Of a stretch of 64,000 nucleotides of DNA, positions 28,771 to 42,800 are shown one piece after another. A program made the position numbers and the translations under genes. Source of the stretch: the human T2T-CHM13v2.0 reference genome, Homo sapiens; NCBI RefSeq assembly GCF_009914755.1, contig NC_060945.1; one strand, given 5' to 3'. The notes under the pieces are model-generated. The model saw only the letters and a program-made list of their open reading frames with translations, had not been told where the DNA came from and made no database searches. Within the stretch, counting starts at the first letter, position 1; the number at the start of each line of letters is the position of its first letter.

Positions 28771-30744
28771 CATTACATTCCACTACATTCCACTGCATTC
28801 CACTCCATTCCATTCCATTCAACTGCATTCCACTGCATTCCACTCCATTCCATTCCATTCGACTCCATTTCACTGTACTGCACTCCACTCCATTCTATTC
28901 CACCCCATTCCATTCCATTCCACTCCACTCCACTTCACCACATTCTGTTCAATACCATTGGATTCAATTCGATTCCATTCGATGCCATTCGATTCCATTC
29001 CATTCGATTCCATTCCATTCGACTCCATTCAATTTGATTCCATTCCTTTTGATTCCATTCCATTCGAGTCCATGCCATTTCATTCCATTCCATTCCATTC
29101 CGTTCCTTTCGATTCCATTCCATTCTATTCCATTGCCTTCCATTCCATTCCATTCGTGTCCATTCCAATCCTGTGCATTCCATTCGATTCCATTCTATTC
29201 GATTCCATTACATTCCATTCGATTGCATTCCACTCGATTCCATTCCCATTGAGTCCATTCCTTTTGTGTGCATTCCATTAGTGTCCATTTCATTCCAGTT
29301 CAATCCATTCGAGTCCATTCTATTCCATTCCATTCCATTCATTATCACCCCTTTCCAATCCATTCCATTCCATTCCAAACTATTGCATTACATTCCATTT
29401 GATTCCATTCCATTCAAGTCCATTCCATTCGTGTCCATTACACCCGAATCCATTCCATTCCATTCTGTTCCACTGCATTCCATTCCATTCCATTCGTTTG
29501 CATTCCATTCTAACCCACTCCACTCCACAACACTCCGTTCTATACCATTCCTTCCCATTGCATTCCATTCCACTGCATTCCACTCCACTCCACTCCATTA
29601 AATTTCATACCACCCCATTCCATTCCACTACATTCCACTTTACTCCACTTCAGTTCTCCGCATTCCATTCGATTTCATTCGATGCCATTGGATTCCATTC
29701 CATTTGATTCCATTGCTTTGGATCCCATTCCATTCGATTCTATTCAGTTTGATTCCATTAAATTCGATCCCATTCCATTCGATTCCTTTCCATTTAAATA
29801 CATTCCAATGGCGTGCATTCCATTCCATTCCATTCCATTCCATTCCATTCCATTCCATTCCATTCCATTCCATTTCATTCCATTCGATTCCATTCTCTTT
29901 GATTCCATTCCATTCGATTCCATTCCATTCCATTCTAATGCATTCCATTCCATTCCATTTCATTCCATTCCATTCCGTTCCACTCCATTCCGTTCCACTG
30001 CATTCCATTCCACTCCATTCCATTCCATTCAGTTCCACTCCATTCCGTTCCACTGCATTCCATTCCACTCCATTCCATTCCATTCCATTCCTTTCGATTG
30101 ATTCCGTTCAATGTCATTCCTGTCGATTCAATTCCATTCCTTTCCATTCCATTCGAATCCATTCTATTCGTTTCCATTCCATTCGAGTAAATTCCATTCG
30201 AGGCCATTCCGTTCCATTCCATTCCATTCCGTTCCATCGTACTCCATTCCACTCCACTCCATTCCGTTCCATTGCATTTCATTTCACTCCATTCCACTCC
30301 ATTCCATTCCACACGACTCCATTCCATTCCATTGCACTGCATTCCACTCCCCTCTACTACCCTCAAATCCGTTCAAATCCATTCCTTCCCTTTCCACTGC
30401 ATTCCACTCCAGTACACTGCACTCATTTCCATTCCACCCCTTTCCATTCCACTCCATTCCACTTCACTCCACTTTATTTCATCGCCTTCCATTCGATTCC
30501 CTTCTATGCCACTGGATTCCATTCCATTCGATTCCATTGCATTCGATCCCATTACATTTGATTCCCTTAAATTCGATTCCATTCCATTCGATTCTCTTCC
30601 ATTCGATCCCACTCTGTTCTATTCCATTCCATTTGAGTCCATTCCATTGAAGTCCATTCCATTCCATTCCAGTCCATTCCAATCCATTCCATTCCATTCC
30701 ATTCCAATCCATTGCATTCGATTCCATTCCATTCGATTCCATTC

Positions 30745-30890
30745 CATTCCATTCCATTCATGTCCTTTCCATTCGATTCCTTTCTATTCAATTCCATTCC
30801 ATTCGATTCCATTCCATTCGATTCCATTCCATTCCATTCCATTCATGTCCTTTCCATTCGATTCCTTTCTATTCAATTCCATTCCATTCG
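30745..30890 (+). repeat. 85-bp tandem duplication
   Basis: CATGTCCTTTCCATTCGATTCCTTTCTATTCAATTCC at 30759 and 30844. Confidence 0.9.
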
Positions 30891-33800
30891 AGTCCATTCC
30901 ATTCCGGTCCATTATATTCGAGGCTATTCCATTTGAGGCCATTGCATTTCATTCATTTGTATTCCAGTCCTTTCCCTTCCTTTCCCCTCCATTCCACCAC
31001 TCTCCATTCCATTCCATTCGTTTCCACTCCAATCCATTCCACTCCTTTCCATTCCACTCCACTCTGTTCCATTCCACTGCATTCCATTCAACTCCACTCC
31101 ACTTCATTCAACTTTCTTCAAATCCATTCCTTCCCATTCCATTCCATTCTACAGCATTGCACTCCACTACACTCCATTCAATTCCATTTCACCCCATTCC
31201 ATTCCACTCCATTCCACTCCACTCCACTTCACTACATTCCATTTGATTCCATTTGATGCCATGCGATTCTATTCAATGTGATTCCTTTCCATGCCATTCC
31301 ATTCCATTCAATTCCATTCCATTCTATTCCGTTCCATTTGATTTGATTCCATTCCTTTCCATTCCATTCCATTGCATTCCACTCTACTCCATTGCATTTC
31401 ATTCAACTACACTACACTCCATTCCACTTCACTTAATTCCATTCCATTCCATTGCATTCCACTCTACTGCATTGCATGTCATTCAACTCCACTACACTCC
31501 ATTCCACTCCACTTCATTCCATTCCATTCCATTCCTCTCCATTCCATTCCATTCCATTCTACTCCATTCCATTCCATTCCACTCCATTCCACTCCACTCC
31601 TCTCCACTCCATTCCATTCCATTCATTCCGTTCCATTCTATCCCCCATCACTCCACTCCACTCCAATCCACTCCAATCCACTCCATTCCATTCCACTCCA
31701 CTCCAGTCCACTCAACTCCATTTCATTCCAATCCACTCCACGCCACTAAACTGCTATCCATTCCATTGCATTCCATTGCGTTCCACTCCACTCCCCTCCG
31801 TTCACTTCTATTCTTTCCCATTTCATTCCATTCCACTCCACTCCACCCATTCCATTGCATTCCATTGCGTTCCAATCTACTCCACTTTGCTCCTCTCCAT
31901 TCACCTCCGTTCCTTCCCATTCTGTTCCACTCCTTTCCACTCCACTGCACTCCATTCAATCCATTCTACACTATTCCATTCCAATCCATTCCTCTCCACT
32001 CATCTCCGCTGCACCGCATTCCATTTGATTGCTTAGGATACCATTCGATTCCATTCCATTTGATCCATTCCATTCGATTCCATTCCTTATGATTACTTTC
32101 CATTCGATTCCATTCAATTTGATTCCATCCATTCAATTGCATTCCATTCAATTCCATTCCATTCTAGTCCATTCCATTCCATTGCATTCCAATACATTCC
32201 ATTACATACCACTCCATTCCACTCCACTCCACTCCAATCCACCCCGTTCACTTCCATTCCTACCTATTCCATTTAATTCCACTCCATTCTACTTCCCTCT
32301 ACTCCTTTCCATTCCATTCCTTTCCATCCCATTCCATTCCACTCCATTGCACTCCAATCCTCTCCCTTTTTACTGCTTCCCATTCGATTCCAGTCGATGT
32401 CATTCGATTCCATTCCGTTCAATTCCATTCCATTCAATTCCATGATATTCAATTCCATTCCATTCGAGTCCATGCAATTCCATTCCATTCCACTCCAATC
32501 CACTAAACTCCACTTCACTCCACTTCACTCCACTCCATTCCTTTCCATTCCATTCCATTCCATTCCCTTACATTCCACTCCACTCCATTCCTTTCCACTC
32601 CCCTCCAGTCCACTCCATTCCATTCCATGCCATTCCATTGCATGCAACTCCACTCTATGCCACTCCTCTCCACTACTCTCTGTTCAATTCCTTTACTTCC
32701 CTTTCCATTCTATTCCACTCCCTTCCACTCCACTCGACTCCAATCCATTCTTTCCATTCATCCACCTTCCATTCCACTCCGTTCCACTCCAATCCACTCC
32801 ACTCCACTTCATCGCCTACTATTCGATTCCACTCGATGCCATATGATTCCATTCCATTCGATTCCATTTCATTCCATTCAATTCCTTTCAATTTGATTCC
32901 ATTTCATTTGATTCCATTCCTTTTGAGCCCATTACATTTGATTCCACTCCATTCCATTCCATTCCAGTCCAGTCCATTCCATTCGACTCCATTCCACTCC
33001 ACTCCACTAAACTCCGTTCCATTCCAATCCTTCCAATTCCATTCCATTCCACCCCATTCAACTCCACTCCACTCCACCCCATTTTTTTCCATTTCCCCAC
33101 ATTCCATTCCATTCCATTCCAATCCTCTCCTCTTCAACATATTCCATTTGATCTCATTCGATGCCATTAGATTCCATTCCATTCAATTCCATTACATTTC
33201 ATTGCATTCCAGTCCACTCCCATCCACTCCACTCCACTGCATTCCATTCCATTCCAATCCACTCCACTCCACTTTATTCCACTGCACTCCACTCCAATCC
33301 ATTCCACTCCACTCCACTCCATTCCATTCCACTCCACTCCACGCCACTCCACTCTACTCCATTCCATTCCATTGCATTGCTCTCCACTCCACTCCACTCC
33401 ATTCCATTGCATTCCACTCCAATCCACTCCACTCCCATCTATTCCTTTTGATTCCATTGCATTCTATTCCACTCAACTCCACTCCATTCCATTCCATTCC
33501 ATCCCTTGTCTTTCCATTCCATTGCACTCCATTCCACTCCACTCAACACCACTCCATTAAATTACATTACACCCCATTCCATTCCACTCTCTTCCACTTC
33601 ACTCCCGTCCACTTCACCAATTTCCATTCGATTCCATTTGAAGACATTCTATTGCATTCCATTCGATTCAATTCCATTCGATTTCATTCCATTTGATTCC
33701 ATTCCATTCGAGTCCATTCCATTCGTATCCTTTCCATTCCATTCCATTCTATTCCATTCCATTCCATTTCATTCCATTCCACTCCACTAAACTCCACTCC

Positions 33801-36800
33801 ACACCACTCCTTTCATTTCTGTACTTTCCCTTTAAAATCCATTCCAGTCTATTCCACTCCACTCCACTCCATTCAATTCTGCTACACCCCATTACATTCC
33901 ACTCCATTTCTCTTTACTCGACTCCATTTCACCACTTTCCTTTCGATTCTGTTCCATGCCATTAGATTCCATTCCACTCGATTGCATTCCATTTGAATTT
34001 ATTCCATTTGACTCCATTACATATGATTCTATTCCATTAGAGTCCATTCTATAGGAGTCCATTCTATTCCATTCCATTCCATTACATTATATTCCAGTAT
34101 ACTCCACTCCACTCCATTCCATTCCATTGCATTTCATTCCACTCCACTCCACTCCATTCCATTCCATTGTATTCTGTTCCATTGTGTTCCATTCCAATCC
34201 ATTCCATTCCATTCCATACGACTCCATTCCATAGCATTCGTTTCCATTGCATTGCATTCCTTTCCATTCCATTGCAATCCACTCCACTCCACTCCACTCT
34301 ACTCCATGGCATTGACTCGATTCCATTCTGCTCCACTCCATTCCACTCCACTGCACTCCTCCCCATTCCCCTCCATTCCACTCCACTCCACTCCACTCCA
34401 CATCACTCAATTCCATTCCATTCAATTGCATTCCATTCCATACTACTTCACTCCACTCCACTCTACTCCATTCAATTCCATTCCATTACATTCAACTCCA
34501 CTCTACTCCACTTTGTTCAGTTCTCTTCCTTCCCATTCCATTTCATTCTAGTCGATTCCAATCCACTCCTCTCGTATCCATTCAATTCTATTCCACCCCA
34601 TTCCATTCCACTCCATTCCATTCCATTTCACTCCAATTCACCTCATTCCTTTCGATTCCAGTCGATGCCAGTAGATTCCATTAAATTGGATTCCATTACA
34701 ATTGTTTCCATTCCATTCAATTCTATTCTGTTCGATTCCAGTCCATTTGATTCTGTTCCATTAGATTGCATTTCATTTGATTCCATTCCATTCGCATCCA
34801 TTCCATTTGAGACCATTCCATTCTGGTCCATTCCATTCGGGTCTATTCCATTCGAGTTCATTCCATTCCATTCCATTCTATTCCATTCCTTTCCCCACCC
34901 TTGCATTCCCTTCCCTTCCGTTTCATTCCACTCCACTCCATTCCACTACAATCCATTCCATTCCACTATATTCCACTCCATTCCACTCCATTCCACTCCA
35001 TTCCATTCCATTCCACTCAACTCCACTTTACTGTACTTTGTTCAATTCCATTCCTTCCTATTCCATTCCATTCCAGTCTATTCCACTCCACTCCACTCCA
35101 TTGCAGTCAATTCCATTCCACCCTAATCCATTCCACTCCACTTCGCCACATGACATTTGACTCCATTCGATGCCATTTGATTTTATATGTTTCCATTCCT
35201 TGCCATACAATTCAATTCCATTCCATTCTATTCCATTTTTTGATTCCATTCCATTCGATTCCATTCCATTCCATTCTATTCAATTTGATTCCATTCCTTT
35301 CAAGTCCATTCCATTCCATTCTGTTCAATTACTTTCCATTTGATTCCCTTCCATTCCATTCCATTCCATTCCAATTCATTCCATTCCATACCGTACAATT
35401 ACATTCAATCCCATTCCATTCCATTCAACTGCATTCCATTCCATTCCATGTCATTTGAATGCATTCCATTCCAGTGCATTCCATTCGAGTCCATTCCAAT
35501 CCACTCCATTCCACTCCACTCCATAAATTTCCACTCAATTCCACTCCATTCCATTCCATTCCATTCCATTCCATTCCATTCCACTCAACTACACTGCACT
35601 CCACTCCATTCAATTCCATTCCTTCCCCTTCCATTCCTTTCCACTCCTTTTCAACTCACCCCAATTCAATCTTTTCAATTCCTTTCCACCCCATTGCATT
35701 CCACTCCATTGCACTCCACTTCAATGCATTGTGTTCCATTGCATGCGATGTCTTTTGATTCCATTCAATTCCATTCAATGCCATTCCATTCCATTCTATT
35801 CCATTCTAATCCATTCCATTCAATTCCTTTCCATTCGATTCCATTCCATTTGACTCCACTCCATTCTATTCCTTTCCATTCCATTATATTCCATTCAATT
35901 CCTTTCCATTCGATTCCATTTGATTCCACTCCATTTCATTAGAATCCATTCCTTTGAATTCCATTACATTCTAATCCATTCCATTACATTCCGTTCCATT
36001 CCATTGCTTTCCATTGCATTCCATTGCATTCCATTTCATTCCATACCTTTCGAATCCATTCCATTGGATTCCATTCCATTGGAGTTCATTCCATTCCAGC
36101 CTTTTCCATTCGAGTTATTTCCATTCCATTCGATTCCATTCCACTCGATTCCATTCCACTCGATTCCATACCATTCGATTACATTCCATTCAATGGCAGT
36201 GCATTCCATTGCATTCCAATCGTGTCCTTTCCATTCCAGTCCATTCCATTCGAGTCCACTTCCCTCCCCCTCACCACACTCCATTCGATTTCAATCGATG
36301 CCATATTATTCCATTCCATTTGATTCCATTCCATTCAAGTCCATTGCATTCCATTCCACTGCATTCCTTGCCACTGAACTCCACTCCACTCCATTCCAAT
36401 ACACTCCACTCCATCCTCTCCACTCCACTCCAATCCACTCCATTCCATTCTATTTCACTCGCCTCCACTCCAATCCATTCCATTCCATTGAATTCCACTC
36501 CATTCCACTCCTCTGCACTCCACTCCATTACTTTCGATTCCATTGCACTTCCCTCAACTCAACTCCGCTCCACTACGTTCAATTCCATTCCTTCCCTTTC
36601 CATTCCATTGCACTCCAATCCACTCCACTCCAATCCTTTTGAATACATTCCACCCATTCCATTCCACTTCATTCCACTTCACTCCACTCAACTTCACCGC
36701 ATTCCATTCGATTCCATTAAATTATATTTGATGCAATTAGATTCCATTCCGTTTGATTTCATTCCATTCGATTCCATTCCATTCGAGTCCATTCCTTTCG

Positions 36801-39800
36801 AATCCTTTCCATTCCATTCCGTTGCATTCCATTCCATTTCATTGCATTCGACACCACCTCACTCCATTCCACACCACTCTGTTCAATTACTTTCTTTCCT
36901 TTCCAGTACATTCCACTCCATTCCACTCCACTCCACTCCATTCTATTCCATTACACCCCATTGCATTCCACTTCATTCCACTGCACTCCTCTTTACCACA
37001 TTCCATTCGATTCCATTCGATGCCTTTCGTTTCCATTCCATTTGACTCCACTCCGTTCGATTTCATTCCATTCGAGTCCATTCTGTTCGAGTCCATTCCA
37101 TTCAATTCCACTACATTTGATTCCATTCCATTCCATTCCATTCCATTGCATTCCATTCCATTCCATTCCATTCCACTCCACTCCATTCCATTAAATTCCA
37201 TTCCATTCTATCCCACTCCCCTCCAGTACACTCAACTCCAATCCATTCCATTCCACAAAACTCCATTCCAGTCCACTCCACTCCGCTAATCTCCATTCCA
37301 TTCCATTCCACTCCACTCCACTCCATTCCATTCCATTCCATTGCATTTCACTCCAGTGTACTCCACTCCATTTCATTCCATTCCATTGCAATCAGTTCCA
37401 TTCCATTTCATTTCCAATCCATTCCATTCCATTCTGTTCCCTTCCATTTGATTCCATTCCATTCCATTCGATTCCTTTGCATTCCATTCCATTCCACTCC
37501 ATTCCACTCCACTCAAATCCACTCCACTCCATTCCTCTCCATTCCATTCCACTCCTCTCCATTCCACTCCACTCCCCTCCTCCCAGTTCCACTCCATTCC
37601 AATCGACTCCACTCCTCACCATTGCACATCTGTCCATTCCATTCATTTGCATTCCACTCCAGTCCAATTTTCTCCACTCCACTCCTCTCCACTCCATTCC
37701 ATTCCACTCTACTCCAATCCGTTCAATTCTATTACTTCCCATTGCATTCCATTACACTCGATTCCAGTCCACTCCACTCTTATACATTCAATTCCAATCC
37801 AACACATTCCATTCCACTCCATTTCAATCCTCTCCACTCCACTTCACCGCATTCCATTCGATTCTATTCGATGCCAATCGATTCCTTTCCATTCAATTCC
37901 ATTTCTTTTGGTTCCATTCCATTCGACTCCATTCCATTCAATTCCATTCCACTCCATTCCATTCGATTCCATTCCAATAGATTGCATTCCATTTGATTCC
38001 ATTCTATTCTAGTATACTCCATTCCAGTCCTTTCCATTCCAGTCCATTATATTCGGGTCCATTCCATTCGAGTCCATTCCATTCCACTCCACTGCATTCC
38101 ACTCCACTAGATTCCATTCCACTCCATTCCACTCTATTCCACTCCATTCCATTCCATTCCACTCAATTCCACTCCACTCCACTCCATTCAATTCCATGCC
38201 ACTACTTTCCATTCCACTCCATTCCTTTCCACTCCACTCCACTTCACTCCATTTCGCCACACTCCATTCGTTTCCATTCGATGCCATTCGATTCCTGTCC
38301 ATACAATTCCATTACATTCCAGTCCATTCCATTCCATTCATTACATTCCACTGCACTCCACTGCACTCCTCTCCATTTGATTCCATTCCATTCTATTCCA
38401 CTCCACTCCACTCCATTCCACTCCAATCCATTCCACTCTCCTCCACACCAATCCACTCCAACTGACTCCACTCTGTTCCATTCCACTCCATTCCATGACA
38501 CCCCACTACACTCCATTCCTTTCCATTGCATTACACTCCACGCCACTTCACTCCTCTCCTCTCAATTCCATTACATTGCATTAAACTCCACTGCACACCA
38601 CTGCATTCCTTTCGGTTCCATTGCATTACCCTACACTGAACTCCACTCCACACTGTTCAATTCCATTCCTTCCCATTACATTCCACTGCACTCCATTCCA
38701 CTCCACTCCAATCCATTCAGTTACATTCTCCCCCATTCCATTCCACTCCATTCCACTTCACTCCACTTCACCATATTCCATTCGATTCCTTTCGATTCCA
38801 TTCAATGCCGTTCGGTTCCATTCCATTTGATTCCATTCAATTCCATTCCATTCCATTCCATTCCATTCCATTCCATTCCATTCCACTGCACACCACTACA
38901 TTCCTTTCAATTCCATTCCTTCCCTTTCCAATCCATTCCACTGCATTCCACTCCACTGCACTTCACCTCATTCCATTCAATTCCGTTCGATGCCATCCAG
39001 TTCCATTCCACTCAATGGCAATCCATTCGAATCCATTCAATTTGACTCCTTTCCGAATGTTTCCATTTCTTTCGAGTCCATTCTGTTCGAATCTATTGCA
39101 TTCCAGTCCATTCCATTCAATTCCATTCCATTCTACTCTATTCCATTTCATTCCGTTCCATTCCACTCCACTCAACTCCTCTCTATTCCATTCCATTCCA
39201 TTCTATCCCACTCCAGTGCAGTTCACTTGAATCTACTCCATTCCATTCCACTCCACTCCATTCCATTCCACTCGTTTCCTTTGCATTTCACTCCACTGCA
39301 CTCCACTCCAATCCAATCCATTCCATTCCTTTCCATTGCATTTGTTTCCTTTCTGTTCCATTCCAATCCTTTCCATTCCATTCCATTACATTCTATTCCT
39401 TTTCATTTTATTCAATTCCATTCCATTCCACTCCATTCCACTCCACTCCAACCACTCCACTCCATTCCACTCCATTGCATTGCACTCCACTCCATTCCAC
39501 TCCACTCCACTGCACATCACTCCATTCCATTCCATTCAATTGCATTTGACTCCACTCCTCTTCACTCCACTCCACTCCACTAAACTCCATTTCATTCCAT
39601 TCCATTCCATTCCATTCCAATCCACTTCACTCCACTTTGTTCAATTCCTTTCCTTCCCATTCCATTCCTTTCCAGTCCATTCTGTTCCATTCCATTTCAT
39701 TCCACTCCATTCCAATCCACTCCACTCCACTCCATTCTATTCCATTCCACAACATTCCATTCCACTCTCTTCAACTCCACTCCACTCCACTTCACTCCAC

Positions 39801-42800
39801 TTCAATGCACTGCATTCGATTCCATGCAATGCCATTCGATTCCTAGCCATTGGATTCCATTCCATTCCATTCCATTCATTGCATTCCACTCCACTCCACT
39901 CCTCTCCCTTTGATTCCATTCCATTCCATTCCACTCCACTCCACTCCATGCGACTCCTCTCCATTTCACTCCACTCCACTATAATCCACTCCTACCGACT
40001 CCACTCTATTCCATTCCACACCACCCCATGCCACCCCACTCCACTCCGTTGGATTCCATTGCCTTCCACTCCATGCCACCTCACTCCACTCCACTCCACT
40101 GCACATCACTCCATTCCATTCCATTCAATTGCATTACCCACCACTCCATTTCACTCCACTCCATTCCACTCCATTCCATTCCATTCCATTGCATTCCTCT
40201 CCACTCCACTCCTCTCTGTTCAATTCTATTCCTTCTCATTCCATTCCATTTCAATCCAGTTTGATTCCGTTGCATTTGATTCCATTCCATTCCAGTCCAT
40301 TCCATTATAGTAGCTTCCATGCGGTTCCTTTCCTTTCGAGTCTATTCCATTCCATTCCATTCCATTCCCTTGCCTTCCATTCCCTTCCTTTCCCTTCCAT
40401 TTCATTCCACTCCACTACAGTCCGCTCCACTATATTTCTTTCCTCTCCATATCACTCCATTCCACTCCATTCCATTGCTTTCCATTCCACTCAATTCCAC
40501 TTCACTCCACTTTGTTCAATTCCATTCCTTCACATTCCATTCCATTCCATTCCATTCCATTCCATTCCATTCCATTCCATTCCATTCTATTCTATTCCAT
40601 TCCATTCCTTTCCATTCTTTTCCTTTCCATATCATTCCACTCCTGTCTACTCCATTCCATTCCATTCCATTCCATAACTTTCCATGCCACTGCATTCCAC
40701 TCCAATCTGCTCCACTCCACACAATTCCATTCCATTCCACTCCATTACACTCCACTCCACTCCACCACATTCAATTCCATTCCACCCCATTCCATTCCAC
40801 TTCACTCCACATAACCGCATTCCATTCGATTTCATTCCATGCCTTTAGATTCCATTCCATTTGGTTCCATTCCATTTGATTCCATTCCTTTCGAGTACAT
40901 TCCATTCCATTCTGTTCTATTCCATTCCAATCGATTCCATTGCATTCAATTGCATTGCATTCCATTCGATTCAATTCCCTTCACTTCCATTCCATTTGAT
41001 TCCAATCCATTAGAGTCCATTCAATTGCAATCCATTCTATTCGAGGCCATTCCATTCCAGTCCATTCCATTTGATTCTATTACATTCGATTCTCTTCCAT
41101 ACTATTGCATTCCATTCGATTCCATTCCATTTGATTCCATTCCTTTCAAGTCTATTACTTTCGAGTCCATTGATTTAGAGTCTATTCCATTCGAGTCCAT
41201 TTCATTCGAGTTGACTCTCTTCCTTTCCATTACATTCGAGTCCATTCCATTCCATTCCATTCCATTGTAGTCCATTCCATTTCATTACATTCCATTGTAT
41301 TTGATTCTGTTCCGTTCCATTCCATTTCATACAATTCAAGGCCATTGCTTTCGATTCTATTCCATTCGAGTCCATTACATTCGACTCCATTCCACTCGGG
41401 TCCATTCCATTCCATTCCACTCCAATCCACTCCACTCCATTCCATTCCTCTCTACTCCATTCCATTCCACTTTATTACACTCCCCTACACTCCACTTCAC
41501 CACATTCCATTCAATTCCATTCAGTGCCATTTTATTCCACTCCATTCGAATCCGTTTCTATCGATTGCATTCCATTTAGTTTGTGTCCATATGGTTCCAT
41601 TCCATTCAATTCCATTTTGTTAGATTCCATTCCATTCAAGTCCATTCCTTTCCATTCCATTCCATTCCACTCTGTTCCATTCTGTTCAAATCCATTTCTT
41701 TCAATTCCATTTCATTTGGGTCCATTCCTTTCCATTCCATTCCATTTCATTCCATTCCATTCCATTCGAGTGCATTCTATTCCATGCCATTCCTTTCGAG
41801 TCTATTCCATTCCACTCCATTCCACTCCATTCCACTCCATTCCATTCCATTCCACTCCATTCCACTTCACTCCATTCCACTCCATTCCACTCCATTCAAT
41901 TCCGTTCTACCCCATTCCATTCCACTCCATTCCACTCCACTCCAGTGTACTTCACCCCATTCTATTTGATGCCATTTGATTCCATTCGATTCCATTCGAT
42001 GCCATTCGATTTCATTCCATTTGATTCCATTACATTTGATTCCAATCCATTCGACTCCATTCCATTTGATAACTTTGGATTAGATTCCATACCATTCGAG
42101 TCTATTCCATTCCATTCCATTCCATTCCATTCCATTCCATTCCATTCCATTCCATTCCATTCCATTCCGTTTTGTTAGAATCCATTCCATTCGATTCTAT
42201 TCCATTCCAGTCCATTCCGTTCGTGTCCATTCCATTCCAGTCCATTCCATTCGATTCCATTGCATTCCATTCCATTCCATTCGATTGCATTCCATTCGAT
42301 AGCATTCCGTTCTATTCCATTCCACTCAATTCCATTCCGTTCCATTCCACTGCATTCCATTCCACTCCATTCCGTTCGATTCTCTTCCATTTGATTCCAT
42401 TCCATTCGAGTGCATTATTTTCGAGTCCATTCCACTGCAACCCATTCCTTTCGAGTCCATTGCATTCGAGTCAATTCCATTGCAGTCCATTCCATGCGAT
42501 TCCATTCCATTCGATTCCCTTCCATACTATTTCATTCCATTCGTTTCCATTCCATTTTATTCCATTCCATTAGTGTCCATTCCTTTCGATTACATTCCAT
42601 TTGAGTCCATTCCACAGGATTCCTGTCCATTCGAATCCATTCAATTTAATTCCCCTCAGTTCAATTCCTTTCCCTTCAAGTCCATTCTTTTCCATTCCGT
42701 TCCGTTTCATTCTATTCCATTCCGTTCAATTCCATTCCATTTGATTTGATTCAAATCCATTCTATTCCAATTCGCTCCGTTCCATTCCATTCCACTCCAT

